A program made the position numbers and the translations under genes. A stretch of 64,000 nucleotides of DNA, from the NCBI GenBank assembly GCA_965217585.1, contig OZ244561.1:5632001-5696000 (forward strand). The letters are read 5' to 3'. The notes beneath the pieces are model-generated. The model made no database searches. It was not told where the DNA came from and saw nothing but the letters and a program-made list of their open reading frames with translations. Source of the DNA: Candidatus Latescibacterota bacterium (GTDB lineage Bacteria; Latescibacterota; UBA2968; UBA8231). This document shows positions 45,726 through 55,529 of this stretch, piece after piece (positions within the stretch are counted from its first letter, which is position 1; every line of letters starts with the position of its first letter).

Positions 45726-48263
45726 ATGACTTTCGCAAGCCCTAGACTCGTGCTGCTGTCCATCCTGATCCTGGCCAGCGCGCTTTCCGCCCAAGAAGGC
45801 GAGGGCTACCGCCTGCTGTTCAACCAAGTGCGCGTCGATAGGCCCGCGCATTGGCAGGCTTGGGACGCACCTACCGGGGTGCAGGTGGTGCGCGCCGACG
45901 GCACGGTTGAGCCGCGCTTTTTGCGCCGTGGGATAGAAGTGGCGCAGAACGCCCCCGACTTTACCTACGTCAGCGCCTTCGCCTCTGAGGACACCTTACA
46001 GGGCGGGATCTACGCAGTAGGCACGAGCCAGCGCCAAGCCTTTTTCGTTCTCGACGGCGATCCCAATACCTACTGGGAGCCGCAGCGTACCAGCTCGCTG
46101 GATCATTGGTTTTTGGAAATTGATCTCGGTCGTGCGGTGATCGCCCACCGCGTAGTACTGCGCTTTGTCGCCGCAGGGCAGGGCGACCCTTTTTTGAAGT
46201 TCAGGGTAATGGCCTCGGACGGGTTGCGCTGGGGGCAGGGGCGCGACCAGCGGCGGCGGTTCTTCCGCGTCGGCTTGGAGACCAAGCCCAACAAAGACCA
46301 GCGCGAATACGCCTTCGACATCGCGCCCGACCGGCAGGTGCCCGAAGGCGTCGAGGGCGAGATCGTCCAATTTTTGCGCATCGATGTGCTCGACACCGAT
46401 GGGCCGCGGGCCGAGGAGATCAGCGCGGGAACCTACGCATTCTTGGCGGAAGAAGATCGGGGGGCTATCGATCATTTTCGCGTCACCGCCGCCGGCCGCG
46501 AGATTCTCGTCGCTGAGCGCGACTACTTCGACCTGCCTAGTCAGGAGCGCGGCCCGGTGCGCTACTACCGCCACGAGCGGCCCCGCCTCGCCGAGGTCGA
46601 GGTTTTCTCCCTTGGCGAGAACGTGGTACAGCTAACCCAGAGCGGGATTGGGCGCGGCGCTGACGAGCGCGGCTTTGATTTCCTGTTCCGCAGAATCTTC
46701 TCCGACGGCCTGTATAGCTCGGGGTTCAACATGCCGATCTACGATCCGGTGGCCAATGAAAAACAGCTCAAAATTGACCTCGGTGCCAAGTACTGGCTCG
46801 ACCGCATCAAGTTGCTCGCGCCGGCCGACGAGATGCCACCGCTGGCCTATCAACTGCGGATGTCGGACGGGGCACTCAGTCCCAACGGCGAGCGGATCTG
46901 GACCACCTTTGGCGAGCGGCGCAACCTCAGCAGTTACCAGCACTTGGAGGAGACCTTTCCCCTACAGGAGGTGCGCTTTATCGAAGTGCGCCATCTCGAA
47001 TACAACCCCAATGAACAGGTTGAGGGTTACCTGAGCGAAATCCAGGCCTATGGCGAGGGTTTTGTCTCCGAGGTGGAAATGACTTCGCCCTTTATCCCGC
47101 TCGACCGGCCGCGGCTGTTTGCGGCAGTCGAGTGGGAGGGGAAACAACCGCCGGGCACCCGGATTGAGGTCCGCACCCGCTCCGGCGAGGAGATCGTTGA
47201 AGTCCCTCACTACTACGCCACCACCGGCCGCGAGATATCCAAGGAAATGTGGGAACTGCTGTCTGAAAACCGCCGGCCGCCGGTGGTCATCGAGCAGGTC
47301 GCCGGGCCGAGTTGGAGTAACTGGAGCACTATCTATGAGGCTGCGGGCGTGCCCTTTAAGTCGCCGAGTCCGCGAGCCTTCGTGCAAGTGCAGATCAAGC
47401 TGCGCTCCCGCGAGCCACTCCGGGCGGCGAGGATCCGCGATTTGCGTCTGCGCTTCGAGCCGCCGCTGGTAGATAAAATAGTGGGCGAGATCTGGCCCGT
47501 GTGGCAGGTCGAGCCGGGGGTGGAGCAAGACTTTGTGCTCTACTTGCGGCCCGAATTCGCCGTCGGCAACCCAGGCTTCGACCGGCTGCGGCTGCACTCA
47601 TCCTCGGCCGCACCAATCGAGTTGCTCTCGGTGCGCTCGGGCAGGGATACCGCATTGCGCGGCGGGGGCGGGCGGAGGTTGTGGCCGGGCGAGTTAGTTT
47701 TGGAACAGGGGAGGGAAGGTGAGGTCGAGCTGATTTTTCCCGAGCCGGTCTTCCGCGGTAGTTCTATCTACGAGATCAAATTCCGCACCAAAGTCTTTTT
47801 GCAAAGTACGACCTTCACCGCCGAGTTGGAGCAGGTAAGCCAACCGGGCCGGGTGCAATTGGTCAGCGACGGAGATGCCTCAAGTCTCGTTTCTAGTCAG
47901 TCGCTGGTGGTGGTTTCGGATTTGGAGCGGACCCGGCTGCTAAAAGACGTGGCGGTGGTGCCCAAGGTTTTTACCCCCAATGGCGACGGAATCAACGACC
48001 ATACGGATATTGAACTGTCGATTTTTCACTTGGAGGGAACCAAGCAACTGCGGGTGGCGATCTACGATCTGTCGGGGCACAAGGTGCGCGATCTGTCGAG
48101 AGGCACCGAGCATCCCAGCGGCGAACGGCGCGTCGAGTGGGACGGCCGTGACGAGGTCGGCGCAGTCGTGTCACCGGGGATCTACCTAGTGCAGGTCGGC
48201 TTCGCTGCCGACAGCGGCGTGGCAGGGACACACGCGGCGAGTTTGGTACACGTGGCCTACTAA
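45726..48263 (+). CDS. Secreted tandem discoidin-like protein with FTPNGDG.ND/FlgD-Ig tail
   Basis: Signal peptide; 'LDGDPNTYW', 'IDLG' x2, 'EVRTRSG', 'WSNWS', 'SPSPR', 'FTPNGDGIND', ends VHVAY. Confidence 0.82.
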   Translation: MTFASPRLVLLSILILASALSAQEGEGYRLLFNQVRVDRPAHWQAWDAPTGVQVVRADGTVEPRFLRRGIEVAQNAPDFTYVSAFASEDTLQGGIYAVGTSQRQAFFVLDGDPNTYWEPQRTSSLDHWFLEIDLGRAVIAHRVVLRFVAAGQGDPFLKFRVMASDGLRWGQGRDQRRRFFRVGLETKPNKDQREYAFDIAPDRQVPEGVEGEIVQFLRIDVLDTDGPRAEEISAGTYAFLAEEDRGAIDHFRVTAAGREILVAERDYFDLPSQERGPVRYYRHERPRLAEVEVFSLGENVVQLTQSGIGRGADERGFDFLFRRIFSDGLYSSGFNMPIYDPVANEKQLKIDLGAKYWLDRIKLLAPADEMPPLAYQLRMSDGALSPNGERIWTTFGERRNLSSYQHLEETFPLQEVRFIEVRHLEYNPNEQVEGYLSEIQAYGEGFVSEVEMTSPFIPLDRPRLFAAVEWEGKQPPGTRIEVRTRSGEEIVEVPHYYATTGREISKEMWELLSENRRPPVVIEQVAGPSWSNWSTIYEAAGVPFKSPSPRAFVQVQIKLRSREPLRAARIRDLRLRFEPPLVDKIVGEIWPVWQVEPGVEQDFVLYLRPEFAVGNPGFDRLRLHSSSAAPIELLSVRSGRDTALRGGGGRRLWPGELVLEQGREGEVELIFPEPVFRGSSIYEIKFRTKVFLQSTTFTAELEQVSQPGRVQLVSDGDASSLVSSQSLVVVSDLERTRLLKDVAVVPKVFTPNGDGINDHTDIELSIFHLEGTKQLRVAIYDLSGHKVRDLSRGTEHPSGERRVEWDGRDEVGAVVSPGIYLVQVGFAADSGVAGTHAASLVHVAY

Positions 48264-50992
48264 TGCGGCGGGCGACGGTCCTCCTCCTGCTATGGGCATC
48301 CGTCGCCGAGGGCGACGATCTCCTGCACTGGGGTATTAGTAGGGTCTATACGTACGGCGAGACCTTTGAGATGGACTATGTCTCGCCGGCGATCCACAAG
48401 TGGTACGGGCCGCACTACTTGCCTGAGACCTATATGGCACCTTGGTACGACCAAGGAAGCAACTTCGCCCGTGACACATACCTGCGCTATATCAGCCTGA
48501 TCCTCGAAGGCGACGAGACCTACGACACCTTCGGCACACCCCTCGGCCGCGGCTGGCTAGTGTACAACTGGCAACAGGATCAGCCCGGCGCGCGCGGCAG
48601 CTTTATTGACAAGCGCGGCGGCGGCCTGTCCTCACTGGACCTGATGGCCAGTCGGCGGCCGGCCTACCGCGACTTCTTCAACCGCTTGGTCATCGTTTCG
48701 GACCAGCGCGGCGCGTCGTCGTACCGGCTGATGATCGGCGATGAGATCGCGACCCGCTTCACGCCGCTGACGTTCAACAAGCCGCGCTTCAATGGCGTGC
48801 GCCTCGACTACGCCGTCGAGCGCTACGAGGCCAGTCTGCTTTTGTCGCGGCCGAGCAATCCCGACGAGGAGGCACAGACCAACTCCACTACGGTGATGGG
48901 TAGCCACCTCGAATATCAGGCCGGGACAGGCGGGAATTTCGGGCTGACCTATATCAATGCCCACAACGTGCTGACGCAGGTGGAATTCAACGAGGGCAAT
49001 CCGCTGCACGGAATTCTGACTTCGCTGGAAAACCAGCCCCTCGACAAGCTGTGGGTCAGAATCAGGGACGACTCGCCCGGCCGCGGTGGCGTCGGAGCGG
49101 CACTGGCGGGTTTCGACATCGTCATGGTCGATACCAGTGGTCGCCAGCTAAGGGGGCGCGATATTGGCTTCCTGCCGCGGCGCGAGGGCGGTTTCGAGGA
49201 GGGGGGTCGGCTGTTTGCCCGCGACGAAGAGAGCATCTTGCTCGAATACGATATGGGCGGCCTCGACTTTGCAGACGTGCAGTCGGGCGACCTGCGCGAG
49301 GTGCAGATCGAACTCTCGCTGGCCAATGACTATAGGGTAGAAGTGGCCTCGGACTTGCAAACGGATGGCCAGCGACGCAATGCTGAGATCGTCTTTTTGC
49401 CCGTCGCCAGGGCCGCAGGCAACGTCCAAGACAACAGTAACACCAAGGTGGTGCGGCTCGACTATGGTCTGCCGACAGCCAGCGAGTTGATCGGCATCAA
49501 CTGGAATCTAAACGATTGGCAGGGCTTCTCGCTTTTGGGCGAGTTGGTGCTCAACCGCCGCTTTTCGCGCTACCCCAATCCCCATATCTCGGCGCACCAC
49601 GAGACCGTCGCCAGCGCCCACGCCGGCTATCTCAACGCGGCCTATCGCAGGGGCGCTTGGATGCTTTTCGGCGAAGGCTTTTCAATCGCAGACGACTACA
49701 GTACCCGCTACTGGCTCACCGACCGCAACGGTCGGATCAAGTTCAAAAACCCAGTGCCGCAGGTCTATGAGTTTGTCGATGACGACGACGACCGCAACGG
49801 CCTGACCGAGTGGGAGCGCCCCTTTTTCGTGCGCTGGGGCGGAATCACTGAATCAGTGACGGTCTCACCGACCAGCATCCGCTCGAACCAGCGCGAAGTG
49901 GCTTGGCCGGGTCTAGACGAGAACGGCGACTTCATCAACGACCACAACCAAAACAGAAACCTCTATCCCGACTACGAAGAGCCTTTCCTGCGCTACCGCG
50001 CCGACCGCCCCGAGTTCCTCTTCGGCCTCGACATGAACCACAACGGCGTCATCGACCGCTTTGAAAACGACCTCGTTCCCGATTATCCCTATAAGCGCGA
50101 CCACCGGGGATTCAACACCTACCTCAAGGCCGAGGTGGTGCCCGCGCTCGAGGTGAGCGTCGGGCGACAGGACATGCGGCTGGTCGCTGGCAACGGGCGG
50201 ACCCGCGCTTGGTATGTGCTAGGTGCTTGGCGCTACCGCTTCACCGGGGGCAGCCAGCTCCGGCTCTTTGAGTTCGGTGCCCGAGTGCGCGACGACATCC
50301 CCGACGATTTGCGGCAGTGGTTCCAGCCGTTGGGGGAACCGGGACGGATGATTGACCGGATCGACTTTTTGCCGGGACGGAACGCTTGGAAAAACTCGCT
50401 ATACCTCGACTTGGACCAACGCCTAGGGGCGCAGATAAGGCTCTTGCACCGCTTCAAATGGGATTGGGTCGAGCAGCAGGACCCGGCCGACGAGGTGCGG
50501 TTCCGGGAGGGCCGCAAGACCAGCGGATTCTTAGGCGCAATCAATAAAGTGGAGTGGAGTATCCCAGTGGGCTTGGGCGTCTTGGAGCCTCGTTTCAAAA
50601 GCGAGTTCCGCCGGGAGCGGCCCTTTAGCACGCGCTACTTAGAATTCACGAGCTTAGAGGAGACCTTCTTCCTGATATGGACGCAGCCGCTTTTTGCCGA
50701 GGCGGTGGGCATCAGCTACTTCCCCCGCTACGGCCGCCAGATATTCAACACCGAATTGCAGGTGGGGCTGGAAGTAGGCCGTCTGTGGCTTTTGGCAGGG
50801 AGGCGGGAGGAAGTAGATGCCGACTTCCTAGGCTGGACCGCGGTCGCTCAACTCAAAAACCGCACGGCCTATCAGGGGTATCAGCTAGTGACCACTACCG
50901 GTGTGCAGTTCCAACAGCGGCGTTTTGCCGGGCGGGTACCGCAGGAAGCGAGTTTGGTCTTTATGACATTGTACGCGGGGTTGAGCCAATGA
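48263..50992 (+). CDS. Large exported protein, putative outer-membrane beta-barrel (paralog of 52875-55529)
   Basis: Signal peptide; amphipathic strands; 'TPLTFNKPRFNG', 'LANDY', 'PDYEEPFL', 'DMNHNGVIDRFEND', ends LVFMTLYAGLSQ; TAATG coupling. Confidence 0.7.
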   Translation: MRRATVLLLLWASVAEGDDLLHWGISRVYTYGETFEMDYVSPAIHKWYGPHYLPETYMAPWYDQGSNFARDTYLRYISLILEGDETYDTFGTPLGRGWLVYNWQQDQPGARGSFIDKRGGGLSSLDLMASRRPAYRDFFNRLVIVSDQRGASSYRLMIGDEIATRFTPLTFNKPRFNGVRLDYAVERYEASLLLSRPSNPDEEAQTNSTTVMGSHLEYQAGTGGNFGLTYINAHNVLTQVEFNEGNPLHGILTSLENQPLDKLWVRIRDDSPGRGGVGAALAGFDIVMVDTSGRQLRGRDIGFLPRREGGFEEGGRLFARDEESILLEYDMGGLDFADVQSGDLREVQIELSLANDYRVEVASDLQTDGQRRNAEIVFLPVARAAGNVQDNSNTKVVRLDYGLPTASELIGINWNLNDWQGFSLLGELVLNRRFSRYPNPHISAHHETVASAHAGYLNAAYRRGAWMLFGEGFSIADDYSTRYWLTDRNGRIKFKNPVPQVYEFVDDDDDRNGLTEWERPFFVRWGGITESVTVSPTSIRSNQREVAWPGLDENGDFINDHNQNRNLYPDYEEPFLRYRADRPEFLFGLDMNHNGVIDRFENDLVPDYPYKRDHRGFNTYLKAEVVPALEVSVGRQDMRLVAGNGRTRAWYVLGAWRYRFTGGSQLRLFEFGARVRDDIPDDLRQWFQPLGEPGRMIDRIDFLPGRNAWKNSLYLDLDQRLGAQIRLLHRFKWDWVEQQDPADEVRFREGRKTSGFLGAINKVEWSIPVGLGVLEPRFKSEFRRERPFSTRYLEFTSLEETFFLIWTQPLFAEAVGISYFPRYGRQIFNTELQVGLEVGRLWLLAGRREEVDADFLGWTAVAQLKNRTAYQGYQLVTTTGVQFQQRRFAGRVPQEASLVFMTLYAGLSQ

Positions 50993-52875
50993 GGGGCTGG
51001 CTGGGGATCGCGGCACTTGTGCTGCCAAGCGGCCTCTGCGGCCAGCCGGCGCAGACTTATGTGCTCGGTACCCAAGGCACCTCCGCTTGGAAAGTCGGCG
51101 GCGATGGCCTCAAACCCGAGCATGTACTCAACGCCCAGCTCGGCCAGCTCGAGTTGACTAACACACCGGGGGCGACCATCGACTTTGACTACCGGCCGGG
51201 CTGGATCGGACCGCTGCACTTCGACGAGGAGGTCAACATCGCCGCGCGGGTCCTAGAGTTCGGTTCGATTCAAGCGCCCAACGCCGGCCGCGGCCACGAG
51301 CGCCAGCTCGTGGGCACGGTCAACGGCGATCACCAAGTGGCCTTTGAGCGCAAACCGACGGTCTTCGAGCCGCGGGTGGCGACGAGGGGCATTTGGGTGA
51401 TCTTGGACTTTGTGGTGCCGGTGGGGGTGCGGCGAGTGCAGTTCTACCCGCGCAACACCGTGGTGGCGACGCCAGCGACGCCGTTCCACAACGATTTTCT
51501 GCGCGGCTACGAGTTGTGGCTCAATCAGTTTCCATCCGGCCAGCCCGATGTGCTGATCCAACGCGAGGCGCAAAACGAGGAGCCGGTCGTCGATGTAGCC
51601 GTCCCGCCGCAATACGCGCGCTTCGTCAAGATCAAATCGCTGGCCGATGTGCCTTTTGAGATTGACGAGGTCGAAGTCTATGGCACGGGCTTTCTGCAGC
51701 AGAGCCTCTATCTGTCCAATATCATCGACTTAGGCGACCGGTCCACGGTGGGCTTTGTCGAGTGGATTGAAGACCTCGTCGGCCATGCGGATTTTTCGCA
51801 CCTAAAGGTGCGGGTGCGGACGGGCACCGACCCCTCGCCGCTGGTCTATCGCGAATGGTTTTTCGACGCCGACGGCGTTCGCTCTTTCCGAGAGGTCAGC
51901 CGCGAGACCTACGTCGATTCGCTATTGCCAGCCGATCGCGGCGGCATCCGCGACGATACCGGGCACTGGAGCCCGTGGTTTGCGGTGCGAGTGGATGAGC
52001 TGGTGAGGGCGCCGACTCCACGCCGCTATATCCAGTTCCGCTTCGAGTTTGCGGGAGGGCTTTTCGCGACGCGTCAGGTTGACGAACTGCACTTTGAGTA
52101 CCTACAGCCGCCGCTGGCGGACTCGCTGCACGCCGAAGTCTTTCCGCGGCTGGCCGAGGCGGAAAAACCGGCGACTTTCCGCTACGCGGTGCGGCTGCGC
52201 TCCACGGGAGAGGTGCGCGGTTTTGACCGGTTAGAAGTCGATACCAATATCCTAGTCACAGCGGTACGCGAGGTAAAGCTCGACGGGCAGCCGTTCGACT
52301 TTGCGGTGGATTTTATCCGCGAGGATGGCTTTGGCTTCAACTTTCCCCTAGTCCACAGCGACGGGGCGGTGCTGGAGTTCACCTTCGATCTGCCGATTTT
52401 TCGCTTCGGCACCACCTTTTCGGGCCGTGCCTACAACAGCCGTGCGGGTACTGTGCCGCAGCGGTTGGTGCCGGGCGAGGCGACGGATTTTGGTCCGGGA
52501 GATTTTCCCGAGCTATCGAACCTCTCGGTGGCGATCCCCAAGGCGCAGATCGGCAAGTTGGTCGGCGAGATCGCGTTTGGGCCGCGCGTTTTTACGCCCA
52601 ATGGCGATGGGATCAACGATCATCTCGACGTGTTTTTCAACGTGTTGCAGCTAACGCGGCCCGCGCCGGTGCGCTTGGACTTGTTCGATCTATCGGGGCG
52701 GTTGGTGCATGAGGTGTTTGTCGCTGAGCGGGGGGTCGGTCCGGTAGAGGCGCAGTGGGACGGCCGGCTGGCGAATGGGAAAACCGCGTTGCCAGGGACC
52801 TATATTTGGGTGTTGCGGGTGCAGGCGGATGCGTTTGCGGAAGTGCATACCGGGACGGTGGGGGTGGCGCATTGA
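50989..52875 (+). CDS. Secreted discoidin-like protein with FTPNGDG.ND/FlgD-Ig tail
   Basis: ATGA overlap; signal peptide; 'EVEVYGTGF', 'SNIIDLG', 'VRTG', 'WSPW', 'FTPNGDGIND', ends VGVAH. Confidence 0.82.
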   Translation: MRGWLGIAALVLPSGLCGQPAQTYVLGTQGTSAWKVGGDGLKPEHVLNAQLGQLELTNTPGATIDFDYRPGWIGPLHFDEEVNIAARVLEFGSIQAPNAGRGHERQLVGTVNGDHQVAFERKPTVFEPRVATRGIWVILDFVVPVGVRRVQFYPRNTVVATPATPFHNDFLRGYELWLNQFPSGQPDVLIQREAQNEEPVVDVAVPPQYARFVKIKSLADVPFEIDEVEVYGTGFLQQSLYLSNIIDLGDRSTVGFVEWIEDLVGHADFSHLKVRVRTGTDPSPLVYREWFFDADGVRSFREVSRETYVDSLLPADRGGIRDDTGHWSPWFAVRVDELVRAPTPRRYIQFRFEFAGGLFATRQVDELHFEYLQPPLADSLHAEVFPRLAEAEKPATFRYAVRLRSTGEVRGFDRLEVDTNILVTAVREVKLDGQPFDFAVDFIREDGFGFNFPLVHSDGAVLEFTFDLPIFRFGTTFSGRAYNSRAGTVPQRLVPGEATDFGPGDFPELSNLSVAIPKAQIGKLVGEIAFGPRVFTPNGDGINDHLDVFFNVLQLTRPAPVRLDLFDLSGRLVHEVFVAERGVGPVEAQWDGRLANGKTALPGTYIWVLRVQADAFAEVHTGTVGVAH

Positions 52876-55529
52876 TGGGGGAAAGAAGGTATCAATCGCT
52901 ATGGGGACTCCTGTTCCTGCTCCTACTCCCTCTGCTCCTCACCGCCCAAGACTACGGTGCTCGCCTCGGCACCGTCAAGCGCGGCGGCAAAGTCTCTTTT
53001 GAACCGCGAGGACCTGGCGTACTCTTCGACGCGCTCGATCCGGCCGTGCGCAAGTGGTATATCCCGCAGGAACTCTACACCGAATACCGCTGGAAGCAGT
53101 GGGAGTACTCCAACTACGCGCGCAACCTGTACCAGCGCTACGTGTCCACCTCGCTCGAAGGCAGCTATATCTACGATGTGTACGGCAACTACCTGACCCG
53201 CGGCTGGCCGATTTTCGACTGGCGGCAGCAAAACCCCCAGCCCTTTGGTTCGACCTTGGCCCAAGACGGGCGCTTCGCCGGTTGGTTCAACCAGTTACTG
53301 ATCGCCTCAGACCATAAAGGGCAGTACCACTACGCCATCACCATCGGCAGCCAAATCCGCACCACCCTGACGCCGATGACCTTTTCCAAACCGCGCTTCA
53401 ACGGCATCCAGTGGGACCTCCTATCCGACAAATACGCGCTTACCATGCTGCTGTCGCGGCTCAACAGCCTGACTGACGAGACCGGCTCGGGGATAGGCAC
53501 CTCGGAGAAGACCAACAACACCAGCTTAATCGGCAGCCGGTTGGAGGTGCAGGTCGGCGACTTCGTCAAGATCGGCGGGACGTACCTCAACGCGCACCAC
53601 GCACAGACCCAAACCGAGATATTCAATGGCAATATCCTCAAGGGCAACCTCACTGGGGTGCAGAATTTGACTAATGTCAGCTTCATCGAAGTAGTCATTA
53701 AAGACGATTCGCCTGAAGACGGCGAAGCTGGCGGCGCACTCTTCGCACAGGACATCGTCATCTGGGATCTGGAGGGCAAGCCTACGCGCGGCTCGGAGCT
53801 CGGCTTCCGGCCGCTGGTGGAGGGCGGGTTCCAGCGCCGAGGTTTTCTCGCCGCCGACGGGCGCGAGGAGATCCGCCTGCGCTACGATTTCCAAGACCGC
53901 TCCTACACCGGGCCGCCCCCCAGCGAAATTCAGCGGGTGCAGATCGAACTGGTGCTAGCCAATGATTACCTAGTCGAGATGGCCTCTGATCGCCAGACCG
54001 ACTTTCGGGAGCGGGTTGTGACGGTGCCGGTGGCGCGAGCGTTGGGCAATGTCAAGGACTCGTCCAACCAGCAAGTGTTGGCCCTCGATTACGGGCTGCC
54101 CACCGCCAACCAGATCGCCGGCTTCACCCTCGAGTTGACCGATCTTGAGGGCTTCAACACCTACTTTGAAGTCGCCGCCAACCATCAGTACCGACAATAT
54201 CCCAACCCCAACCTCGAAAAGCACCACGTCGCCAGCGGCGAGGCCGAGGCCTGGATGCTCAACGTCTCCAAGACCGCCTATCCCTACTTCGCGCTGTTGG
54301 AAGCCTTCGACATCGCCCCCAATTACCAGACCGGGTTTCAGGTCGTTGACCGCAACGGCATCGTCGATTACGCGAACCCGTTGCGCTTCTTTGAATTCGT
54401 CGAAGATAACGACGATCAGGACCGCTTCCCCGACTGGGCGCGGCAAGGGTCCCCGAGAGACCGCCAGATCTTTCCCGGCTGGGACGAAAACAACGACCTG
54501 ATCTCCGACTTCAACCAAAACGACACTCCTTCAAGCCCCAACCGAGTACCCGACTACGAAGAGCCTTTCCTGCGCTTCCACACCGACCGGCCGGAGTTCC
54601 TCTACGGCATCGACCAAAACCACAACGGCTGGATCGACCGCTTTGAAAACGACGAGGAGGCCGACCTGCCCTACCAGCGCGACCGCAAGGGCTACAATCT
54701 GTACGTCGGTGCCTTTCTGCACCCCGATCTGCGGGCGACCGCAGGCCGCCAGCGGCTCGCGCAGCACTCCGACCACCGCCGCGCCCACGCCGATTACCTG
54801 ATGCTGGCCGGGGACCACTACTTCACCGGCTGGGGGCGGGCACGGGTTTTTCAGGACCTGCGCCGCGTCAAAGACGATATCTTCGACCACCTCGTGCAAT
54901 GGACGCAACTACCCAATACCCGAGGCGAACTGGTGCCGACCCCAGACGTGCTGCCGGCGCAGAACACAGTGGTCAATACTACTTGGCTGGGTTTTGACTT
55001 CGACCGCTGGCCCGGTTTTAAGTTCGTCAACATGTTCAAGTGGCAGTACTACCACCAGCGCGATCCAAGCACTGCGCTGCTGTTGCGCGGACAGCGCGAG
55101 GACGGCTCGTTCCTCGGCCTGATCAACAAGGCCGAGTACCGGCTGCAGCTAGGCAAGCTGACCTTGAGCCCGGCCTGCAAAAGCGAGTTCCGCCGCGAGG
55201 TCCCGGTACTCCGCGGCCAGCCCGAGCGCAAGGAGTGGAGTCAACTCCTGCTCGCCGTCGGGCGCATATCCGTCCTGCGCAGCAGCTACTTAGAGGCTGG
55301 GATCGAGTACCACAACTTCCGGCAGTTGCGCGAGCCGCCGCCGCCGGGGGCCGAAGACAGCTTCTCGGAGACGACGACGGTCGCCCAGTTGACCAATATC
55401 TCCGACTACCAGGGTTATAAGTTGACGACGGTGTTGGGGTTCGACGTGACCCGGCGCTACCAAGAGGTCGAGGGGACGCGGACGCGGACGAGGGGGTTTC
55501 TCACCGTGTACGCGGGAGTCGAGCAATGA
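52875..55529 (+). CDS. Large exported protein, putative outer-membrane beta-barrel (paralog of 48263-50992)
   Basis: TGATG coupling; signal peptide; 'TPMTFSKPRFNG', 'LANDY', 'PDYEEPFL', 'DQNHNGWIDRFEND', ends GFLTVYAGVEQ. Confidence 0.7.
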   Translation: MGERRYQSLWGLLFLLLLPLLLTAQDYGARLGTVKRGGKVSFEPRGPGVLFDALDPAVRKWYIPQELYTEYRWKQWEYSNYARNLYQRYVSTSLEGSYIYDVYGNYLTRGWPIFDWRQQNPQPFGSTLAQDGRFAGWFNQLLIASDHKGQYHYAITIGSQIRTTLTPMTFSKPRFNGIQWDLLSDKYALTMLLSRLNSLTDETGSGIGTSEKTNNTSLIGSRLEVQVGDFVKIGGTYLNAHHAQTQTEIFNGNILKGNLTGVQNLTNVSFIEVVIKDDSPEDGEAGGALFAQDIVIWDLEGKPTRGSELGFRPLVEGGFQRRGFLAADGREEIRLRYDFQDRSYTGPPPSEIQRVQIELVLANDYLVEMASDRQTDFRERVVTVPVARALGNVKDSSNQQVLALDYGLPTANQIAGFTLELTDLEGFNTYFEVAANHQYRQYPNPNLEKHHVASGEAEAWMLNVSKTAYPYFALLEAFDIAPNYQTGFQVVDRNGIVDYANPLRFFEFVEDNDDQDRFPDWARQGSPRDRQIFPGWDENNDLISDFNQNDTPSSPNRVPDYEEPFLRFHTDRPEFLYGIDQNHNGWIDRFENDEEADLPYQRDRKGYNLYVGAFLHPDLRATAGRQRLAQHSDHRRAHADYLMLAGDHYFTGWGRARVFQDLRRVKDDIFDHLVQWTQLPNTRGELVPTPDVLPAQNTVVNTTWLGFDFDRWPGFKFVNMFKWQYYHQRDPSTALLLRGQREDGSFLGLINKAEYRLQLGKLTLSPACKSEFRREVPVLRGQPERKEWSQLLLAVGRISVLRSSYLEAGIEYHNFRQLREPPPPGAEDSFSETTTVAQLTNISDYQGYKLTTVLGFDVTRRYQEVEGTRTRTRGFLTVYAGVEQ

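Noticed and set aside
50677-50988. Long N-terminal extensions in the ORF track (also 355-558, 37041-37157, 52755-52874)
   Set aside because: They overlap upstream genes; downstream ATGs give stop-start coupling, signal peptides or a clean start after the upstream stop
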